Below are positions 1 to 8,959 of a stretch of DNA of 64,000 nucleotides, piece after piece (positions within the stretch are counted from its first letter, which is position 1; every line of letters starts with the position of its first letter). The position numbers were made by a program, and so were the translations under genes. The DNA lies in contig CAVYJM010000011.1 of assembly GCA_963768855.1 (NCBI GenBank), positions 352,001 to 416,000 on the forward strand, in the 5' to 3' direction. This DNA is from an uncultured Thermoplasmata archaeon (GTDB lineage Archaea > Thermoplasmatota > Thermoplasmata > RBG-16-68-12). A model generated the notes under the pieces. The model was given only the letters and a program-made list of their open reading frames with translations. It had not been told where the DNA came from and did not search any database.

Positions 1-1
1 G

Positions 2-82
2 TGGGACGGCTACCAGCGGCTTCGCACGCGGATCGTCGACGCCCTATCGCGGATCCTGCCGAAGCGGGCGAAGCCCGCCTAG
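2..82 (+). CDS. 3' end of a gene entering the window (partial, unknown function)
   Basis: Frame from nt 2 reads WDGYQRLRTRIVDALSRILPKRAKPA-TAG(80-82); its stop overlaps the convergent roadblock stop. Confidence 0.4.
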   Translation, partial: WDGYQRLRTRIVDALSRILPKRAKPA

Positions 83-384
83 GACGTCTTTGCCAGGAGG
101 GCCCGCGCCCGGGTCGCGGTCTCCTCGACCTGCTTCTCGACGTCCGCGGGATGTCCGTCCGTCAGGGCGACGAAGAACACCTTGGACGTGACCACGCGGA
201 TCAGGAGGTTCCCGTTCTCCGTGTGCACGGCGACCTGCTGAGGGGACGGCCCCTTCGTCGTGGAGTAGATGACCTCCAGGGCACCAAGCAGGGTCGCGGC
301 CATCGTCGCGAAGTTGTCCGCGGGCACCTCGTCCGGGAGGACGGAGGCGAGCGGCACCCCGGAGCGCGTCACGACGGCGCACAT
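79..384 (-). CDS. Roadblock/LC7 (MglB-like) domain protein; true start probably a non-ATG codon ~20 codons upstream
   Basis: CAVVTRSGVPLAS...DNFATMAATLLGALE...VAVHTENGNLLIRVV...FFVAL matches the roadblock beta-beta-alpha-beta-beta-beta pattern; frame stays open upstream (LSGGPDELRVLLKGFNGQTGSR), supplying the N-terminal helix. Confidence 0.8.
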   Translation of the reverse strand: MCAVVTRSGVPLASVLPDEVPADNFATMAATLLGALEVIYSTTKGPSPQQVAVHTENGNLLIRVVTSKVFFVALTDGHPADVEKQVEETATRARALLAKTS

Positions 385-486
385 GCGGCTTCCGGTCTGC
401 CCGTTGAAACCCTTCAGGAGGACGCGTAGTTCGTCGGGGCCGCCAGACAGGGAAGTCCCTCCAAGCCCGCGCCGATGAGTCCCTCG

Positions 487-495
487 TTATTTATA
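487..495 (-). promoter_or_regulatory. Archaeal TATA box upstream of roadblock gene
   Basis: TATAAATAA on minus strand in an otherwise GC-rich intergenic region. Confidence 0.55.
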
Positions 496-583
496 CATTC
501 CTCACGCGGGTCGCTCCTGTGAAATGACTCTCGCGAGCTTGAGGGGAGAAACCTTATCCGCGCCCTTCTGATTCGGCGGGTCG

Positions 584-1519
584 ATGGAGGACGGTGCGCG
601 GCTCATTCTCCGAACAAGCGCCGGCCTCCGCGAGAAGGAGAAGGTCCTGATCCTCGTGGACCGGGACACGAGGACCCTGGGCGACGCGTTCCTCGCCGCG
701 GCCCGGAGCCTCGGGACGGACCCCGTCCTCTTCCTCATCGTCCCCCGAGAGCGCGACGGCGAGGAGCCGCCCGAGATCGCCTCGACCGCGATGGAGTCGG
801 CGGACCTCATCGTCCTGGCGACCCGCAGGTCCCTCACGCACACCCACGCGAGACGGCAGGCGAACCGCGCGGGCGCCCGCGTCATCTCGATCCCGGGCAT
901 CACGGAGGACATGCTCGCGAAGGGCGGGCTCGCCGCCGACTGGATCGAGGTCCACGAGCTCGTCCGCCGCGTCGCACGCCGCCTGCGCAACGCACGGCAG
1001 GTCCACCTGACCTCCTCGGCGGGGACGGACCTGTCCTTCTCGATCGACGGCCGGGAGTGGATCGCGGAGGACACGGGCCTCTGCTCCCGGAGGGGCGCGT
1101 TCACGACCCTCCCGGCGGGGGAGCTCTTCATCGCGCCAATCGAGTCGAGCGCGGAGGGCCGCCTCGTCGCGGACGTCTACTTCGACGAGCCCCTTATCGA
1201 GCCCGTGACCGCGACCCTGCGGGAGGGGCACGCGACCAAGATCGTCGGCGCCTCGAAGGCGGTCCACGCGATGAACCTCGGAGGCCGGGAGGGGCGCACC
1301 CTCGGCCGCTTCGGCTTCGGGCTCAACGCGAAGGCGCGTGCATCGGGTCCCCACTTCGAGGCGGAGAAGTCGCTCGGCTGCGCGAACCTGGGGTTCGGGG
1401 ACAACGTGGCGATCGGCGGGCGGCTCGCATCCAACGTGCGGGTGGAATGCATCCTCTCCGACGTGACCTTCGAGGTCGACGGCAAGCCCGTGATCGAGAA
1501 GGGCCATCTCGTCGGGTGA
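584..1519 (+). CDS. M29 (aminopeptidase T/AmpS-like) family protein with degenerate metal ligands
   Basis: LPAGELFIAP, EAEKSLGCANLGFGDNVAIGG and the N-terminal EKVLILVD pattern are typical of M29 proteins. Confidence 0.8.
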   Translation: MEDGARLILRTSAGLREKEKVLILVDRDTRTLGDAFLAAARSLGTDPVLFLIVPRERDGEEPPEIASTAMESADLIVLATRRSLTHTHARRQANRAGARVISIPGITEDMLAKGGLAADWIEVHELVRRVARRLRNARQVHLTSSAGTDLSFSIDGREWIAEDTGLCSRRGAFTTLPAGELFIAPIESSAEGRLVADVYFDEPLIEPVTATLREGHATKIVGASKAVHAMNLGGREGRTLGRFGFGLNAKARASGPHFEAEKSLGCANLGFGDNVAIGGRLASNVRVECILSDVTFEVDGKPVIEKGHLVG

Positions 1520-1525
1520 GCGCGG

Positions 1526-4381
1526 TCAGCGGTGGTAGAGGACCCCGTAGAAGCGGTTCTCCTTCGAGGTCTTCTCCAGGCGGCCCACGATCGCGACCTT
1601 CGTGCCGCACTTCTTGCACTTGTTGTCCTTGTCCAGGTACCAGCCCGTGATGTCGAATCCGTACCGCTTCACGGCCATGGCCCCGCATCCGGGGCAGTAC
1701 GTGTTCTCGAGGCGGTGGCCCGGGACGTTGCCGATGTACGCGTACGGGAGACCTTCCTCCTTCGCGACCGCGCAGTGCCGCTCGAGGGTCTCGACCGGCG
1801 TCCAGGGGAACTCCATCATCTTGTAGTCCGGATGGAAGCGGAGGAAGTGGATCGGCGTGTCGGGGCCGAGGTTGTCGTGGACCCAGCGGGCCAGCTTGCG
1901 GGCCGCCTCCAGGCTGTCCCCCACCTGGGGAACGATGAGGTCCGTGATCTCGATGTGGATCTTCTTCGTGTCCCGCATCTCGAGGATCGTCTGGAAGATG
2001 GGGTCCGCGTTCGGGATGTTGATGTACTTCCGGACGAACTCGGTCTCGCCGGACCCCTTGAAATCGACCGTCACGCAATCGAGGAACTTCTCCATCTCCG
2101 CCACGGTCTCGGGCGTGTCGTAGCCGTTGGACACGAAGATGTTGATGAGGCCCGCCTTCCTGGCGAGGACACCGATGTCCCGGGCGAACTCGATGAAGAT
2201 CGTGGGCTGGTTGTACGTGTACGCGAGGCCCTGACAACCCTGCTCCACGGTCATGCGGACGACGTCTTCGGGTTGGACCTCGATGCCCTCGACCTTGCGC
2301 CGCTGGGAGATGTCAGCGTTCTGGCAGTTCGCGACCGCGAGGCCGTTGGCCGTGTAGCTGTGATCTTCCTCGACCTCGATGTTGTAGACGGGACCGACGT
2401 AGGTCTCCTCTGTGATTTCGCGAATCGGAACGAGCAGATACCGTGCAGTCTTGATTGTGCGGACCTTGCTGCTCACCCACTCCACGGAATCGGGGTCCAT
2501 ACGGACTTGGTCTACGAAGAGCCGAAGCATGAAGTCGTTCGCGCGCGACACCTTCCGGCCTTCGATTTCGTACTCGGTGGGATTCTGGGCGACGTACACT
2601 CGGGGTGTCTCGCCAAGCATGACGAGCAATTGTGCGACGCCAAAGGTCAGCGCTGGAGAAGTGGACGAACTCCCGAGCACCAGGGAATCGCCTCGGCCCT
2701 TGGTTACATAACCGTCCCCGTTGAGATACCCGGAGAGGAATCCGAGGATCACAGGCGGGTCCGTGGACCGGAGGATGAATGAAGGAACCCGCTTGGTTTC
2801 GCAGGAGTCGCCGCATGTCTCTTGGACGAGTCGGGTGAAGGGTGCGTTCGGGACGATGACGGCGGCTCGATGTCCCTGGACGGAGACGCGCGTCGGGAGC
2901 CCGAGAGTCGTCTCGATCAGCCGACGGACCTCCGCAATCCGGTCCGTTTCCTGGAGCCCCAAGCTGAACCAGACTGAGCCGCTATTGGGCCGCTTTCGAT
3001 GCCACGACACCGACCCCTCTGCGCAGTAGTAGCCAAGAAGCCTCGCGAATTCCGGGGTCACACGAATGCGGGCCGGGATTCCAGGTCCCTTCTCGGCAGA
3101 CCAACGGATCCGTCCAGACTGCGTCTTGAGGCTGTACCTGTGCTTGTATTTCGGGGAGCTCGCGGCTCGAACGAACGCATCCATGTCGAGCGGAGGGTTG
3201 GCCTCAGGGAAGGGGCGTGGTATCGCCAGGAAGTCTCCAATCTTGAGATCCCGGGCACGGAGCTTCCGTACCGGCCCACCTGCGACCGAAGCGAAGACCG
3301 GGTGGTCCGGCGTGCAGCGGAAGCCGGGCAGGTAGAACGGTCTGATTGTCAGGAGAGGGCCCTCGTACAAGTGTCGGAATGCCTGCCGGACCTGCTTCCA
3401 CCGACCCCGATGTGTCAGGACCTCGTGGTCGCCGACATCCCGGACATCCATGTTCCTCGTTGCCGTTCCGCTCTCGAATAGCGACTCGATCGGGAGGTGT
3501 CCGTTTTCAGTCAGCACGAGCGTCCCAGGTGCAAAACAGTATCGACAGTTGTGAACGACCGTCCCATCGGCTACATAGTTGTGGAAGGGAACGCATTCGA
3601 AGCTGAAAACCGGTTCGCTGGAGTCCTCTTCGGTGATCGTCCGTACTCGTTTCCACCCAAGCTCCGGCACGGGGGCGTGAAGTGAGTCCAGCGTCGTGAA
3701 GAACGCAGACATCTCCCTCGGGTGTGCCACGACTCCATGTGCTGGAAGGTCATGCGGGCATTCCAAGCTTCGGGGTTCCGGCGCAAAGCCCTGTGAGGCG
3801 AGTACGTCATCCCCGGGAGAGAGCGAAGAGACCCTCGTCCAGCCTTTCGTTGAGAGAACGGGATGCTCGGCGGTAGCGAGTAGCGGCTTGTGCGGACCCC
3901 AGAAGCGGACGCGGAAGGAGGGGGCGCGACGGAACCCTCGTGCAGACACGATGGAGGGCAGGGGGTTCGTGGGCCCGGAGAGTGACCAGAGCACATCCCC
4001 CTCGGACACGTCCTCCACGGGCTTCGTGGACCCGTCCGCCAGAAGGACTTGAGTGCCCGCAGGGTGGCAGAGCCAGTTGCACCCCGTCGTCGCGATGCTG
4101 AAGATCTTCGACCCCGGTCGATAGTGCTGGACCGGCTTCTTCTCGATCGGATCGACATGGCCGGTGATCACGCGCCCGTACACGTAGAGCCACAGTTTCC
4201 CCTGGTGGACCCCTCGGATCCCACAGAGGCCGACCTGGCCCTCGCCGATCTTGCAGTACCGCGCGCAGGCGGTGCACATGATCTTGTTCGTTCCCTCGAC
4301 GGGCTTCCACAGCTCCGCCACCTTGCCCACCGCCTGTCCGGGCGGCTGGCGCACGTCGAGGACATCCTCGGGAGGAATCAT
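1526..4381 (-). CDS. amrS: AmmeMemoRadiSam system radical SAM enzyme (PFL-activase-like) precursor with two inteins; 373 aa after splicing
   Basis: N-terminal CxxCxxxC and DPIEKKP; spliced motif ATTGCNWL-CRY-CQNADISQ; YTYNQP, SNGY, LLRFHP-like HFLRFHPDY, YIGNVPG, CPGC. Confidence 0.93.
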   Translation of the reverse strand: MIPPEDVLDVRQPPGQAVGKVAELWKPVEGTNKIMCTACARYCKIGEGQVGLCGIRGVHQGKLWLYVYGRVITGHVDPIEKKPVQHYRPGSKIFSIATTGCNWLCHPAGTQVLLADGSTKPVEDVSEGDVLWSLSGPTNPLPSIVSARGFRRAPSFRVRFWGPHKPLLATAEHPVLSTKGWTRVSSLSPGDDVLASQGFAPEPRSLECPHDLPAHGVVAHPREMSAFFTTLDSLHAPVPELGWKRVRTITEEDSSEPVFSFECVPFHNYVADGTVVHNCRYCFAPGTLVLTENGHLPIESLFESGTATRNMDVRDVGDHEVLTHRGRWKQVRQAFRHLYEGPLLTIRPFYLPGFRCTPDHPVFASVAGGPVRKLRARDLKIGDFLAIPRPFPEANPPLDMDAFVRAASSPKYKHRYSLKTQSGRIRWSAEKGPGIPARIRVTPEFARLLGYYCAEGSVSWHRKRPNSGSVWFSLGLQETDRIAEVRRLIETTLGLPTRVSVQGHRAAVIVPNAPFTRLVQETCGDSCETKRVPSFILRSTDPPVILGFLSGYLNGDGYVTKGRGDSLVLGSSSTSPALTFGVAQLLVMLGETPRVYVAQNPTEYEIEGRKVSRANDFMLRLFVDQVRMDPDSVEWVSSKVRTIKTARYLLVPIREITEETYVGPVYNIEVEEDHSYTANGLAVANCQNADISQRRKVEGIEVQPEDVVRMTVEQGCQGLAYTYNQPTIFIEFARDIGVLARKAGLINIFVSNGYDTPETVAEMEKFLDCVTVDFKGSGETEFVRKYINIPNADPIFQTILEMRDTKKIHIEITDLIVPQVGDSLEAARKLARWVHDNLGPDTPIHFLRFHPDYKMMEFPWTPVETLERHCAVAKEEGLPYAYIGNVPGHRLENTYCPGCGAMAVKRYGFDITGWYLDKDNKCKKCGTKVAIVGRLEKTSKENRFYGVLYHR
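2327..3538 (-). mobile_element. Intein 2 (404 aa) with LAGLIDADG homing endonuclease
   Basis: Starts CFAPGTLVLTENG; block B CTPDHP; LAGLIDADG motifs LLGYYCAEG and FLSGYLNGDG; ends HSYTANGLAVAN followed by Cys+1. Confidence 0.92.
3548..4069 (-). mobile_element. Intein 1, mini-intein (174 aa) without endonuclease
   Basis: Starts CHPAGTQVLLADG; block B ATAEHP; ends VFSFECVPFHNYVADGTVVHN followed by Cys+1. Confidence 0.92.
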
Positions 4382-4429
4382 GCTCCCTCCAGATTAGGCC
4401 AGAGCGACCATAAACATGTTTCGAGGAGA

Positions 4430-5416
4430 CTACCCCGAATGTGAAACTCGGAAGTGCTCCCATCCGCGGCCCGCGAGCGGCTCCGGTTTCCCCAAAACTA
4501 CCAGGACGTTGGGTCCGGGCTTGCCCACCTTCCCGATGACCGTGAGCGCGTGATGGGTCCCGCGGTGCGGCTCGTTGAGCCGCGCCGCCAGATCCGCGAC
4601 GGCCTCCGGCTTGACCGTGGCCACGAGCTCGAAATCCCCGCCGGAGTAGAGCGCGTACTCCCGCTGACGTTCGAGCGGGGCGGATTCGAGCGGTTTGTAG
4701 AGCGGGACCTTCTCCCACTCGACGGCGTAGGACAGTCCGCTCATCGCCGCCATCTGCGCGAGGCTCAGCCCGAGGCCATCCGAGATGTCCATGCAGCTCG
4801 TCACGACCCCGGAATCGGAGAAGATCTGTCCCTCCGCCACGCGCGGGTACGGATGGAGGAGCTGCTCGAGGCCCTCCGCGCGAGTCGTGGGTGCGGCGAT
4901 CTGCTCGTACGCCAGCCCCGCGCGCCCGAGGTCGCCCGTGACGACGATCGCGTCCCCCGGGCGGGCTCCCTTCCGGAGCAGGATTCGCTCCTTCCGCACG
5001 CGGCCGATCGCGGTGCCCGCGAGGGACATCACGTCGGCCTCCTTCGTGTCCCCCCCGAGCACGGCGACCCCGAACTCGCGCGTGCAGGCCTCCATGCCCT
5101 GCGCGAGCCCCTTGAGGAAGTCGACCTCCGTGGTCGGCGGGAGGGACAAGGCCGCCACGAACCCGAGCGGGCGCGCGCCCGCCGCGGCGATGTCGCTCAA
5201 GTTCACAGCGACGAAGTACCAGCCGACCGCCTCGGGCCGCGAGCCTTCCGGGATATGGGTCCGCGGGTTCACGACGTCCGTCGTGATGACGAGGTAGTCC
5301 TCGCCCCACTCCGCGACGCCGCAGTCGTGCCCCAGGCCGATGGGCTGCCCGCGGTCGAAGATGCGGGTCAGGAGCCGGATCGCCTCGCGCTCGCCGATGT
5401 CGGAGAGCTTCGCCAT
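4430..5416 (-). CDS. thiL: Thiamine-monophosphate kinase
   Basis: GEREAI, GHDCG, VNLSDIAAAG, GGDT, MDISDGL, GGDFELV motifs. Confidence 0.93.
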   Translation of the reverse strand: MAKLSDIGEREAIRLLTRIFDRGQPIGLGHDCGVAEWGEDYLVITTDVVNPRTHIPEGSRPEAVGWYFVAVNLSDIAAAGARPLGFVAALSLPPTTEVDFLKGLAQGMEACTREFGVAVLGGDTKEADVMSLAGTAIGRVRKERILLRKGARPGDAIVVTGDLGRAGLAYEQIAAPTTRAEGLEQLLHPYPRVAEGQIFSDSGVVTSCMDISDGLGLSLAQMAAMSGLSYAVEWEKVPLYKPLESAPLERQREYALYSGGDFELVATVKPEAVADLAARLNEPHRGTHHALTVIGKVGKPGPNVLVVLGKPEPLAGRGWEHFRVSHSG

Positions 5417-5464
5417 CCCCCCCGGGAAGGCGGGGCCGCTACAGAAGACTGTCGCCCGCCGGCG

Positions 5465-5968
5465 TCACGGGGTGGTCCAGGACTCGTCCGTGAGGAGGGA
5501 CGCGTCCGACCAGAGGAGGGAGAAGTCGAAGAAGGTCGTGCTCGGCAGGGACACGCCGTTCCCGGAGACCGTGATCAGGTCGCCCTGGGTGAGCGCGCCT
5601 CCGCTGTCGAGGTCCGACCAGGTAACGCGGTACACGGTCCCGTTGACCGTGACCAGCGCGGGGACCTCGCTCGCGGCGAAGTCGGTCCGGGCTCCGAGCG
5701 TGTCCCCGACCTGCAGGACGAACCGGTAGTTCGGGATCGTGATGGTCCGCGAGGCGCCTGCGACCGAGAAGGTCGTGTTGTATCCGCCGAGGGTGAAGGG
5801 GTGGACGGCCGAGAACGCGACGGTGGGCGGGACGGACGAACCCGTGCTCAGGAGGCCGCTCGCCATGATGTAGAGGACAGCCGCCAGGACGACCGCGATG
5901 GCCACCAGGAGGATCTCGGCGACGACGGGCGAGACCGCATGCCGGTCCGGACGAAGGATGGACCTCAT
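5465..5968 (-). CDS. Archaeal type IV pilin (class III signal peptide, DUF1628-like)
   Basis: MRSILRPDRHA-VSPVVAEILLVAIAVVLAAVLYIM prepilin cleavage motif plus hydrophobic helix; beta-rich C-terminal domain; alternative start at 5992. Confidence 0.85.
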   Translation of the reverse strand: MRSILRPDRHAVSPVVAEILLVAIAVVLAAVLYIMASGLLSTGSSVPPTVAFSAVHPFTLGGYNTTFSVAGASRTITIPNYRFVLQVGDTLGARTDFAASEVPALVTVNGTVYRVTWSDLDSGGALTQGDLITVSGNGVSLPSTTFFDFSLLWSDASLLTDESWTTP

Positions 5969-6143
5969 CTCTTCTCGGGTCCAGCGCCCCATGGAGGTCA
6001 AGTAGCTTCCGGGGCTATTATCCATCTGTGAACTCGGCTGCCCCCGCCGAGGTCGCGGGGAGGGCGCGGGAGGTCCGCGCCGCCAAGGGCTCCCTCTCGT
6101 CGGCCGCAACCTTTTCAAACCACCCCGCGTTGGTCCCCCCCGC

Positions 6144-6215
6144 GCGCCGCTAGTCTAGCCGGTAGGACATAGCCTTGCCAAGGCTATAACTCGGGTTCAA
6201 ATCCCGAGCGGCGCA
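6144..6215 (+). tRNA. trnG-GCC: tRNA-Gly(GCC), intronless, CCA not encoded
   Basis: Acceptor GCGCCGC/GCGGCGC, anticodon arm TAGCC-TTGCCAA-GGCTA, T arm TCGGG-TTCAAAT-CCCGA, discriminator A; TTTTCAAA box about 25-30 nt upstream. Confidence 0.97.
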
Positions 6216-6305
6216 CTCCTCGGCCCGCCCTCCTTCTGGGCCGCTGCAGGGCCTTTGGGCGAGTCGTTATTATCCTCTCCCCGGGTTCCCGTCCCCGGTC
6301 ATCGC

Positions 6306-7179
6306 ATGGACGAGGGGTTCGTCGATCGTCCGGAGGTGCGGCTCTACTGGCGGAGCGTGGGCGAGGGCGAGCCTCTGCTGGTCCTCCATGGCGGCCCCGC
6401 ACTGTCCCACGAGTACCTCTACCTAGGCCTCGCTCCCCTCCAAGACGTCGCCCGCGTGGTCTTCTTCGACCAGCGCGGCTGCGGGCGATCCAAGAAACCC
6501 CGCGACGGCCACTACGACATGGCGACCCTTGCGGCCGACGTCGAAGGCGTCCGGACCTCCCTGGGCCTCGGGAAGGTGAACGTCCTCGGGTTCTCGTTCG
6601 GCGGGATGCTGGCGCAGGAGTACGCCCTGCGCTACCCCGCGTCCGTCCGCCGGCTGATCCTCGCGGGTGCGGGACCCAGCGGCTCTGACATCAACCGGCG
6701 CCTTCGCGAGGTCAAGGCCGCCGTCTCGCCAGAGATCCGCTCCGTGATCGATCGATACGAACGCGCCGCTCCGTTCACGAGGGGATGCGTATCCGTCCGA
6801 ATACGCCCAGGCGGCCGACGCGGCCTACCGCCCGTTCTCGTTCCACCGCCTGGCAGCGCCTCCACCCGAGGTCGCGGAGATCCTCGGCCACCTCTCGTTC
6901 GACGTGTACAAGGTCCTCTGGGGGGACCGCGGCGAGTTCGAGGTGACGGGTGTCCTCCGGGACTGGGACCGGCTCGAAGATCTGCCGCGGATCTCCGTCC
7001 CGACGCTGATCCTCCTCGGCCGGTACGACCTGACGACCGTGGAGACCGCGCGGGAGATGGAGCGCCGCATCCCGCACTCGAAGCTCGTGGTCTTCGAGGA
7101 GAGCGGGCACTTCATGTATCTCGAGGAACCGGAGACGTTCCTGCGCGAGGTCCGTTCGTTCCTCCGCGGGCCGGGCTGA
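6306..7179 (+). pseudogene. Proline iminopeptidase-like alpha/beta hydrolase with a +1 frameshift near 6780
   Basis: HGGP, DQRGCGRS and GFSFGG in one frame; DAYPSEY...WDRLEDL..I.VPTL..GRYD and SGHFMYLEEP in the +1 frame. Confidence 0.8.
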
Positions 7180-7200
7180 GCGACCTTCTTGCGAGTCGGA

Positions 7201-7980
7201 TTAGGCTGGCGCCCCGACGAGGTAGGCGATCAGGAACCCGGCCAGCGCCGACACGATGCCGATGATCAGCATCTGCGTGCCGCTGCGGTACGGCCGGCCG
7301 ACCGTGATCCGCCCCTTGTACCAGCCGATGACGAACAGCACGATCGCCGCGACGATCACGGACCCGATCATCCCCAGGATGACGTCGGAGGAGAACACGA
7401 GGAACGGGAGGAGCGGGATGATCGATCCGAAGATGGCCGCGAAGCCGACGAGGAGCGCGCTCTTCCGCGCCTGGTTGTCCTCGAGAGGGGCGAGGCCGAG
7501 CTCGTGGGCCATCATGAACTCGAGCCAGGCTTTGGGCTTGGAGATGATGTGCCCGACGGCGGCTTCGAGTTCCTTCCCTTCGAAGCCCCACCGCTGGAAG
7601 ACCTCGCGGACCTCCTGCCGCTCGACGTCCGGGAGCTCCTCCATCTCGCGCTGCTCGCGCGCCAGTTCGCCGAGATAGTGGTCCCGCCTCGCCAGGGTGG
7701 ACGTGTAGGCCACCGCGCCCATCGAGATCGACTCGCCGAACGTGGCCGCGAGGCCTCCCGCGAGCACCACCCGGAACACGGCGCTCGAGGGGCCGTACTG
7801 CTGCATGGCCCCCGCGGCGACTCCGAGGAGGACCGCGAGGACGTTCACGATGCCGTCTTGGCTCCCGAGGATGAAGTCGGAGAGCATCCCGGGGTGGGTG
7901 TGCCGCTCCGCCCCCTCCTCGAGCTCTTCCTTCCGCCAGAACGTGAGTCGCGTGACCACGGTCGCTTCCGGGGGGAGCAC
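7201..7980 (-). CDS. VIT1/CCC1 family Fe/Mn transporter (copy 1)
   Basis: DFILGSQDGIV, ESISMGAVAY, EREQ..ELP..ERQEV, FMMAHELG. Confidence 0.92.
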   Translation of the reverse strand: MLPPEATVVTRLTFWRKEELEEGAERHTHPGMLSDFILGSQDGIVNVLAVLLGVAAGAMQQYGPSSAVFRVVLAGGLAATFGESISMGAVAYTSTLARRDHYLGELAREQREMEELPDVERQEVREVFQRWGFEGKELEAAVGHIISKPKAWLEFMMAHELGLAPLEDNQARKSALLVGFAAIFGSIIPLLPFLVFSSDVILGMIGSVIVAAIVLFVIGWYKGRITVGRPYRSGTQMLIIGIVSALAGFLIAYLVGAPA

Positions 7981-8065
7981 CGCGATGGGCCCGATTTAGG
8001 GGTTGCGTCCTTACTATTGTCCGGATACGCATTTTCGGTTGGAGGAGCGAAAGCCGAAACCCTTA

Positions 8066-8875
8066 TCAGATGGGCCCTGCGCCGACGAGGTACGCGATCA
8101 GGAACCCAGCCACCGCGGACGCGATCCCGATCGCGACCATCTCGAGGCCGCTGCGGGCCGGCCGCCCGACCGTGCTCGTGGCCTTGTACCAGCCGATCAG
8201 GAACAGGGCGACCGCGGCGACCAGGACGGACGCGAGCATCCCGGTCAGGATGTCCCCCGGGAAGACCAGAAAGGGGAGGAGGGGGATGACTGATCCGAAG
8301 ATCGCCGCGAAGCCCACCAGGAACGCGCTGTTCCGCGCCTGGCGCTTTTCCACGGGCGTCAGGCCGAGCTCGTGGGCCATCATGAACTCGAGCCACGCCT
8401 TCGGGTTCGAGACGATGTCGTCCGTGACCTGCTCCAGCTTCGCGCCCTGGAACCCCCATTTCTCGAAGACCTCCCGCACCTCCTGCCGCTCGAGGTCGGG
8501 GAGCTCCCGCATCTCGCGCTCCTCCCGCTCCCGCTCCTTCAGGTAGTGGTCCCGCCGGGCAAGGGTCGTCGTGTAGGCGACGGCCCCCATGGAGATGGAC
8601 TCCGCGAACGTCGCGGCGAGCGCGCCCGCGACGACGATCCGGAACGGGTCGGCCAGTTGCTGCGCCAGGGCCTGCTGGTGCGCCGCGATCGCGATCCCGA
8701 GGATCACGCCGAGGACGTTCACGAGCCCGTCCTGGCTGCCGAGGATGAAATCGGACAGGAGTCCCGGCCGGGCGTGCTCCTCGCCCGCGGCCTCCTCTTC
8801 CTGCTTCCGCCAGAACGCCAACCGTGTCGACACCGGCCCACCGTGGGTCCCGAACCGGTCGGGTCTTTTAGCCAT
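8066..8875 (-). CDS. VIT1/CCC1 family Fe/Mn transporter (copy 2)
   Basis: C-terminal 269 aa of the long 8066..10078 ORF; DFILGSQDGLV, ESISMGAVAY, FMMAHELG. Confidence 0.9.
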   Translation of the reverse strand: MAKRPDRFGTHGGPVSTRLAFWRKQEEEAAGEEHARPGLLSDFILGSQDGLVNVLGVILGIAIAAHQQALAQQLADPFRIVVAGALAATFAESISMGAVAYTTTLARRDHYLKEREREEREMRELPDLERQEVREVFEKWGFQGAKLEQVTDDIVSNPKAWLEFMMAHELGLTPVEKRQARNSAFLVGFAAIFGSVIPLLPFLVFPGDILTGMLASVLVAAVALFLIGWYKATSTVGRPARSGLEMVAIGIASAVAGFLIAYLVGAGPI

Positions 8876-8959
8876 TGCGCTGGCCGCCCTCGGCGGACGG
8901 GGCGAAACCGAACCGGGTCGGGAAGGTATTTCAAGGAAACCTGAGATGCCGCGCCGGCC

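Noticed and set aside
1526-4381. Full AmmeMemoRadiSam operon
   Set aside because: No AMMECR1 (AmrA) or MEMO (AmrB) gene is adjacent; neighbours are thiL and the M29 homolog
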